23,994 nucleotides of DNA from positions 1-23,994 of the forward strand of contig JAZRWA010000071.1 of assembly GCA_045599485.1 (NCBI GenBank). The letters run 5' to 3'. Source of the stretch: Clostridia bacterium (GTDB lineage Bacteria; Bacillota; Clostridia; Christensenellales; Aristaeellaceae). Below the pieces are notes generated by a model. The model did not search any database, was not told where the DNA came from, and saw only the letters and a list, made by a program, of their open reading frames with translations. Within the stretch, counting starts at the first letter, position 1. Every line of letters begins with the position of its first letter. Positions 22,285-23,994 of the stretch are shown piece after piece. Position numbers and translations under genes: made by a program.

Positions 22285-23985
22285 TTATTTGACAGGCTTA
22301 TAGCTGTCCTTCAGGCTGACAACACGATTGTAGACGGGAAGAGTATCGGTGCTGTCGGGATCTTTGCAGAAATAGCCCATTCTCAGGAACTGGAAGGTGC
22401 TGCCGTTCGGGCAATTGCCGAGGAAGGGTTCAGCATAACCGTTCACTTTGATCAGGGAATGATCCGAAAGGAATCTGGTAACATCTTTTTTTTCGGCGGC
22501 ATCGGCAGTATCCCACTCTTCGGTCATCAGCTGATCGTAAAGACGGGCTTCGAAAGGTACGCAATCCGCTGCGTTGACCCAATGGATGGTGCCCTTGACT
22601 TTACGGTTAGCGCCTTCGCTGCCGCTGCGGGAATCCAGATCGACAGTACACTCAACCGCAGTAACGTTGCCGGCTTCATCATGCAGGATGTTTTCGCATT
22701 TGATGATATAAGCGCCCTTGAGACGGACCTCTCCATCGGGCTTCAGGCGAAAGAACTTCTTGGGAGGAATCTCTTCAAAGTCTTCCTTCTCAATCCAGAT
22801 TTCACGCCCGATCGTAACGGAATGCGAACCGAGCTCGGGATGATCGGGATGATTCTCCATTTCCAGCGTATCTGACCAATCTTTGGGTACATTGGTCAGA
22901 ATGACCTTCAGGGGATTCAGGACGGCCATGGCGCGGGGAGCCTTGCTGCCAAGATCATCGCGCACACATGCTTCGAGCATGGCGATATCCACAACAGAAT
23001 CCACCTTGGAAAGACCGACGCGGTCAATAAAATCACGGATGGAGGAGCCGGTAAAACCACGGCGACGCATACCGCAAAGGGTGGGCATACGCGGGTCATC
23101 CCAGCCAGTGACATAACCTTCTTCGACAAGACGGCGCAGGTGACGCTTGCTCATGACCGTTCTGGTCAGGTTCAGACGGGCAAACTCAATCTGACGGGGT
23201 CCGTGATAGACATGACCGTTGATACGGCTTTCATTACGGAAACCGGCTTTTTCCGCAACCCAGTCATACAGAGGACGATGGTCTTCATACTCGAGCGAGC
23301 ACAAAGAATGCGTAATGCCTTCCAAGGCATCACTGATGGGGTGAGCAAAATCATACATCGGATAGATGCACCATTTGCTGCCCGTTCTGTGATGCTCTTT
23401 GTACAGAATACGGTACATGGCAGGGTCGCGCATGTTGATGTTGGGGGAAGCCATATCGATCTTCATGCGTAGGGTATATTTCTTTTCGGGGAATTCGCCG
23501 GCGCGCATGCGGCGGAACAGGTCCAGACTCTCCTCGGCGGGGCGATCTCTCCAGGGACTGTTTTTGCCCGGTTCGGTCAGGGTACCGCGATATTCACGCA
23601 TCTGATTGGGATCCAGTTCATCCACATAAGCCAAACCGCGGAGGATAAAATCTTCGGCGATTTCGTACAACTTGTCATAGTATTCACTGGCGTAGAACAG
23701 ACCGCCTTTCCATTCAAAGCCAAGCCAGCGGATGTCCTCCATGATGCCGTCAACATACTCGGTTTCTTCTTTTGCAGGGTTGGTATCATCAAAACGCAGG
23801 TTGCAAAGGCCATTGTATTTTTCAGCAGTACCAAAATCGGTCACCAGCGCTTTACAGTGACCGATATGAAGATATCCGTTCGGTTCCGGAGGGAAACGCG
23901 TATGAATCTCTTCGCAGCGTTCTTTTTCGAGATCTTCATTGATGGCATCCCATATAAAATTGCTTTTTTCGATTGTTTCTTCCAT
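22285..23985 (-). CDS. glnS: Glutamine--tRNA ligase
   Basis: 566 aa. IHTRFPPEPNGYLHIGHCKA, the VMSKRHL loop and a C-terminal anticodon-binding beta-barrel region (GTIHWV...YFCKD) are present. Uninterrupted. Stop is TAA. Confidence 0.95.
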   Translation of the reverse strand: MEETIEKSNFIWDAINEDLEKERCEEIHTRFPPEPNGYLHIGHCKALVTDFGTAEKYNGLCNLRFDDTNPAKEETEYVDGIMEDIRWLGFEWKGGLFYASEYYDKLYEIAEDFILRGLAYVDELDPNQMREYRGTLTEPGKNSPWRDRPAEESLDLFRRMRAGEFPEKKYTLRMKIDMASPNINMRDPAMYRILYKEHHRTGSKWCIYPMYDFAHPISDALEGITHSLCSLEYEDHRPLYDWVAEKAGFRNESRINGHVYHGPRQIEFARLNLTRTVMSKRHLRRLVEEGYVTGWDDPRMPTLCGMRRRGFTGSSIRDFIDRVGLSKVDSVVDIAMLEACVRDDLGSKAPRAMAVLNPLKVILTNVPKDWSDTLEMENHPDHPELGSHSVTIGREIWIEKEDFEEIPPKKFFRLKPDGEVRLKGAYIIKCENILHDEAGNVTAVECTVDLDSRSGSEGANRKVKGTIHWVNAADCVPFEARLYDQLMTEEWDTADAAEKKDVTRFLSDHSLIKVNGYAEPFLGNCPNGSTFQFLRMGYFCKDPDSTDTLPVYNRVVSLKDSYKPVK

Positions 23986-23994
23986 GGCGGAATC

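Overview
About 24 kb of a roughly 50% GC, Clostridia-like (Firmicutes) chromosome. It is densely packed with housekeeping genes: 22 protein-coding genes, 19 of them on the minus strand. In order they are: the F1Fo ATP synthase operon atpI-B-E-F-H-A (atpA runs off the left edge), upp, a plus-strand trio (methyltransferase-like, C39-like hypothetical, SpoIID/LytB-SH3 protein), tgt, an RluA-family pseudouridine synthase, a SAM-dependent methyltransferase, T-box-controlled ileS, a polytopic GT-C-like membrane protein, era, a fused ybeY-cdd ORF, pgpH, phoH, an HPr-like protein, gltX and glnS. I saw no tRNA, rRNA, CRISPR array or mobile element. The main result is that the six-frame track splits 10 of these genes, and every split is caused by TAG. 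There are 14 in-frame TAG codons. Each is followed, in the same frame, by the expected continuation of the same protein. There are no in-frame TAA or TGA codons and no frameshifts. All 21 genes whose 3' end lies in the window terminate in TAA (12) or TGA (9), never TAG. This is what a reassigned amber codon read as sense looks like, not gene decay. One TAG replaces the catalytic Glu of the cytidine deaminase CAE motif and several others sit in acidic contexts, so Glu or another acidic residue is my best guess. No suppressor tRNA or release-factor gene is in the window, so the mechanism cannot be seen here. Secondary observations: a two-carboxylate Na+-type c-subunit signature, an in-frame YbeY-Cdd fusion with no dgkA, tandem gltX-glnS, an Ile T-box leader, and a palindrome at the phoH promoter.
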